Source: Prasinococcaceae sp. CCMP 1430 (lineage: Eukaryota > Plantae > Prasinodermophyta). From it: a DNA stretch of 64,000 nt. The position numbers and the translations under genes are program-made. The DNA is taken from the NCBI GenBank assembly GCA_013416795.1, contig RQSC01000869.1:1-64000 (forward strand), written 5' to 3'. The notes beneath the pieces were generated by a model. The model was given only the letters and a program-made list of their open reading frames with translations. It made no database searches and was not told the origin of the DNA. Shown here piece after piece: positions 60,406-64,000 of this stretch. How positions within the stretch are numbered: the first letter of the stretch is position 1; each line of letters opens with the position of its first letter.

Positions 60406-62473
60406 ATGGCTTCAGTCCCTCTGGGGTCGGAGGCGCCATCGGCGCAGCTGCCGGTGGTGCTGCTGTGCGGCGTGAGCGACGGCGCGGCGGCCGCCGCGCT
60501 CGCGGCCGCGCGGGGGAGTGCGCGGCGATTCGCTTGATTGCGCAGGCGGGGGCGCGGCGGGGGTGGGGGGGAGGAAACGGGGGCTTGCCCCGCCCGGGCG
60601 GGCGCGACGCGCCTGGCGAGAATGTTGTAACTCTGTGTGACGTCTTACGCTGAGGGTGTTGCGCGTGGTGACCGTGTGCATCAAGCCTTGGGTCTCCGCT
60701 CCACCTGCTGCCAGCCGCTGTTCCAAGCCGAATTCTCGCTGTCACTGAGCTTGCGCCCGGCGGGCGGCTGCAGCGCCAGCAGCTCGAGCGTTATGGTTAC
60801 CTCTCCCTCCTGCGCCCACGGCAGCTTCTGCTCGTCGATGTTGAGCGTCTGAAGGAAGGCACCCTCGGCTGTGTACGCGTTGGCCGTCGTGCTGCCGAAC
60901 CACCCCTTGTCGGCGCGCACGACGACCTGCGTGGTCTCGCCCACGCGTAGCCCGCACAGCATCTCGCTGAAGGCGAAGTCGAGCCCGCTCTTCTGCTGGA
61001 AGCCCGTGTAGGTGCCCAGCTGCATTTTGCGGCCGTCCGGCTGCCCTCGCCGCTCGGTGCCATCGACGGCGCGGTCGTCGCCGTCGCGCCGCACGGCCCA
61101 GGTGAAGCGTACCTCGTCACCGTCCTGCGCGCGGCTGCTCGAGGCCGCCTCTCCACGCCCCACCGCCTCGCGGCTCGCCGCGGCCCGCTCCTTCCCCTTC
61201 GCCAGGCCCTTTGCCAGCCCCACCACCGGGGGCGCCGCCGCCGGTCGACGCAGCGGCGGCGGCGGCGGGCTGCGCGGCCGTTGCACGCGCCCCTGATTCG
61301 GACGGACTGCTAGAGGCGACGCAGGCCGCCGCGGCGCGAGCCTTCGATGTGCTCGTGCTGCGCGCAGACGCGCCCGCCGAGCCTGCCGGCGTCGCAGAGT
61401 GCCTTGGCCAAAGGCTCGAGGGCCCGGGTGACGACGGTGCAGGCGACGCAGAGGCTGCGACGCTGAGCGCGGTGGTGCGCCTCGGCGCGGTGCTCACCGC
61501 TGTAGATGCATCGAGTGTCGTGAATGACCTCGTTGGGAACCATGTTGCTATGTGCGACCGCTTTGACGATTGCGACGAGCCGCGCAGCGTGGGGGAGCTG
61601 GTCGCCGAGCAGATTGAGCAGGCGGACGTCATCGTCGTCGTGGGCACGCAGCCGACGGACGCGCAGAACGTCGCTAACGCCACGGCACTCTGCACGGCAC
61701 TCAACCCGCGAGCGGCAATAGTGGGCCTGGAGGGACTGGGCGTCGCTCTGCGGGGCGCGCTCGTTGGCGACGCCTTCCAGTTCGCCAACCTGCCACCGAT
61801 GGCGCCGCCGCCATTCGCGAGTCGCGCGCTCAGCGGCTTGCCACCGCTGCCGGCGGCCACGACCGCGGGGCTGGAGACATACGTGTACGCGGCCAAACGA
61901 CCGATGCACCCTCGGAGATTCTTTGAGTGGCTAGATGCGCACTTTGTGGTCGATGTGGATGACCTCGAGATCGACCTGCACCCTGCGTCAAGCGCAGGTG
62001 GTAGCGATCGCGACGAAGGCGGTAGCATGGACGATGCAGGGAGCGAAGGGGAGGAGGAAGAAGTCGACGCCACTGCAGAGGCTATGAATGCCGCGGCAGT
62101 GCGTGCGCGCTGCGAGGCGGCCTACGGCACACTCGCACGCAGCTGGGGGTGCGTGTGGCTCGCCGGTCGGCCGGCGGCGCGCATCGAGTGGAGCCAAGTG
62201 CCTGGCGCTACGAGCTTGCGGCTGTACGGCGCGTGGGCCGCTGCACTTCCGCGCGAGCAAAGGGTTCGCGGTCTCGTGGAGCTTGACCCGTCCGACCCTG
62301 CGGGCGACCGCAGGCAAGAGCTCGTCTTCGTCGGGCGCGGCGTCAACGTCGCGGCGCTCGGCGCAGCGCTCGACGCGTGTCTGTGCGCCCACGCCGAGGT
62401 TGATCCCTCCACGTGGCGACTCACGCCCGAGGCTGCCGCTGCGATGGGCGACGATCCCTTCGATGCGCTGTAG
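60406..62473 (+). CDS. Degenerate CobW/COG0523 (ZNG1-like) metallochaperone; proposed exons 60406-60471, 60546-60636, 61254-62473
   Basis: LPVVLLCG; ENVVTL|SAAAGCAAV..DGLLEA..FDVLVL..AEP; LGAVLTAVDAS; LVAEQIEQADVIV; LNPRA; CobW_C RPMHPRRF..RSWGCVWLAGR..GDRRQELVFVG. Exon structure is inferred. Confidence 0.7.
60681..61286 (-). CDS. FKBP-type peptidyl-prolyl isomerase domain ORF, antisense within the CobW-like gene; no ATG upstream of the domain
   Basis: AQDGDEVRFTW..DG..P..MQLG....SGLD..LCGLRVGET..VVVRADKGWFG...P...TITLELLAL follows the FKBP_C pattern. Confidence 0.6.
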   Translation of the reverse strand: MQRPRSPPPPPLRRPAAAPPVVGLAKGLAKGKERAAASREAVGRGEAASSSRAQDGDEVRFTWAVRRDGDDRAVDGTERRGQPDGRKMQLGTYTGFQQKSGLDFAFSEMLCGLRVGETTQVVVRADKGWFGSTTANAYTAEGAFLQTLNIDEQKLPWAQEGEVTITLELLALQPPAGRKLSDSENSAWNSGWQQVERRPKA

Positions 62474-62621
62474 GTTGCTGTCGCTTGCGCGCACTAGGCA
62501 CTGATACACACAGCCGCTCGGCTCGCAGTTGCATGTTACGCGCATGTGCACGCACAGCCAAACCACACAAGCAGCTGAGTTGAAGAGCTGTAGTTACATC
62601 CCGCACCATGCTCGCACGCGT

Positions 62622-63938
62622 CTACTCCTCGACGGTCACGCCCATGTTGCGCGCGGTGCCGGCGATGATGTTCATGGCCGCCTCCACGTCGTTGGCATTG
62701 AGGTCCGGCAGCTTCATCGTCGCCATCTCGCGCAGCTGGTCCTGGGTGATCGAGCCCACCTTCACGTCCCTCGGCTCGCCCGAGCCCTTCGCGATGCCTG
62801 TGCAGGGAGAAGGGGTGCGTCAGCGGGTGCGCCCATCGCAAAAGATCGCGCGCCGCCACAGCGAGCGTGCTCTGCAGCACGACGCCGCTGCGGCCACAGC
62901 ATCGCACCCGCACCCGCGGCGCGGCGCGAAAGGGGCCGCATGATGATGGGCATCCGTGGGTAGGATATGACCACCTGGTACCACAGGCCGGGCGTTGTAG
63001 CGGCTTGCGGCGGCAACCCTGCTGCCCGCAGGCGCAGCGCCGCGCTGCGCGCGCAGGGCGGGATCCACGCGCAAATGGCGCCGCAACCCCCCGACCGCAG
63101 GCCCCGCTCGCGGCGCACGTACCCGCCGCCTTCTTGATCAGGAACGACGCCGGGGGCGTCTTGGTGACGAAGGTGAAGGAGCGATCCTGTAAGCGCGTTC
63201 ACGACAACGCGCGGATGCACAGCAAAGCGAGCGCGGGCGTGAGCGCGAGCGTGAGCGCGACGTGGTGTGGTGTGGTGTGGCACCGCGCAGGGGAAGGGCC
63301 TGTCAGCAATGGCCTGACTACGACAGGTCGGTGGAGTGGTTGCGCGTGGCGGCAGGGGGGAGGGTAGGGGAGGGGGAAGGGGTGTCGCTCAAAGCAAACG
63401 GGCAGCGGCGTGCTGCGGAACACGTGCAATTTGTGGTGCTATGCCAGCAGGCGGCGGAGTTGCAGCACAGCGCTGCGCTGCGCGGCACGGCGTGCTGGGG
63501 CCGCAAACCCTGGCGAACTTTCGCCCCCCCGCCTTCGTTGGCGGGCGCGGCGCCCGCAGCGCTGCGCTGGCTCGCCCCGTCTCCTCATGTTGCGCAAGCG
63601 CGCGCGCCAGCACGGACCTCGTAGACGGTGATCTCCACGGGAATGATCATGCCCGCCTGCTGCTGAGTCGCGGCGTTGTACTCCTTGCAGAAGCCCATGA
63701 TGTTGACACCCTTGGAGCCCAGCGCGGGGCCGATGGGCGGCGCGGGCGACGCCTTGCCCGCATCGATTGCGAGCTTGATGACGCCAGTGACCTTCTTGGC
63801 CATGCACGTGACTGCACGCGACGGCGCGGCGGCCCTACCGCCCGCCGAGCGCAGCGCAGCCGCGCGGCGCGGCGCGCGCGAGGCGGGGTGCGCGGCGCGG
63901 CGCGCGATGGGCCTCACCGACGAGCAGCGCGCGCGCAT
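62622..63938 (-). CDS. RPL11: Plastid 50S ribosomal protein L11 (uL11c); exons 63938-63618, 63186-63123, 62797-62622
   Basis: Transit peptide then [54 protein letters not shown]|[21 protein letters not shown]|[22 protein letters not shown]. Confidence 0.95.
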
Positions 63939-64000
63939 TGAGGCGAACCGCCAGGCAGCGCTGCGCAGACGGGACGAGGCCCGGAGGCGCGCGTCGGCAG
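63907..64000 (+). CDS. 5' fragment of a protein starting with an RPA-binding-type motif (SMARCAL1/UNG/XPA-like N-terminus); runs off the window
   Basis: [22 protein letters not shown] matches LTxEQRxRIExNRxxAL. Confidence 0.65.
   Translation, partial: MGLTDEQRARIEANRQAALRRRDEARRRASA

Noticed and set aside
1-64000. Hundreds of overlapping Arg/Ala/Pro-rich ORFs in the six-frame track
   Set aside because: Shadow ORFs caused by stop-codon scarcity at very high GC; they lie antisense or off-frame to recognisable genes and show no family motifs.
1-64000. Prokaryotic operon, CRISPR array, defence island, rRNA or tRNA
   Set aside because: Sequence is eukaryotic with spliceosomal introns. No repeat-spacer arrays, cloverleafs or rRNA signatures recognised.
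1-64000. Transposons or introner elements
   Set aside because: No transposase or RT motifs or terminal repeats seen; introns share only splice and branch motifs, not extended similarity.

Overview
Eukaryotic nuclear DNA from a very GC-rich, gene-dense green alga. COP1, a double-AP2 factor, plastid L11, short GT-AG introns with a GCTGAC-type branch motif and flagellar genes point to a prasinophyte-grade lineage (inference; no species assignment is possible from sequence alone). About 27 protein-coding genes are present, mostly in alternating convergent and divergent pairs. I recognised no rRNA, tRNA, CRISPR array or transposon. Housekeeping genes include OAT, PurU, RsmB, TrmH, COP1, SPF30, RPL11, a SAC3-family protein and a C1-FDX-like ferredoxin. 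Highlights: (1) a cilium-associated stretch (LRRC9, UBXN11, IFT54) holds an unusual PKD2/TRPP-like channel with a somatomedin-B-like insert in its S3-S4 loop, placed tail-to-tail with a ~2,600-aa secreted protein built from bacterial cadherin-like, EGF, laminin-IV and Myxococcus-type Cys-rich modules, a candidate channel-plus-extracellular-fibre system; (2) two chromatin proteins with unusual architectures, Tudor-AP2-LSD1-like oxidase (catalytic Lys replaced by Arg) and WAC-DDT-WHIM plus a DNMT1-RFTS-like domain; (3) an FKBP domain nested antisense in a putative intron of a degenerate CobW-like gene. Several 5' ends are missing or frameshifted (one N, two poly-G tracts), so assembly error in extreme-GC regions must be kept in mind. 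All domain calls come from motif recognition by eye, not database searches.
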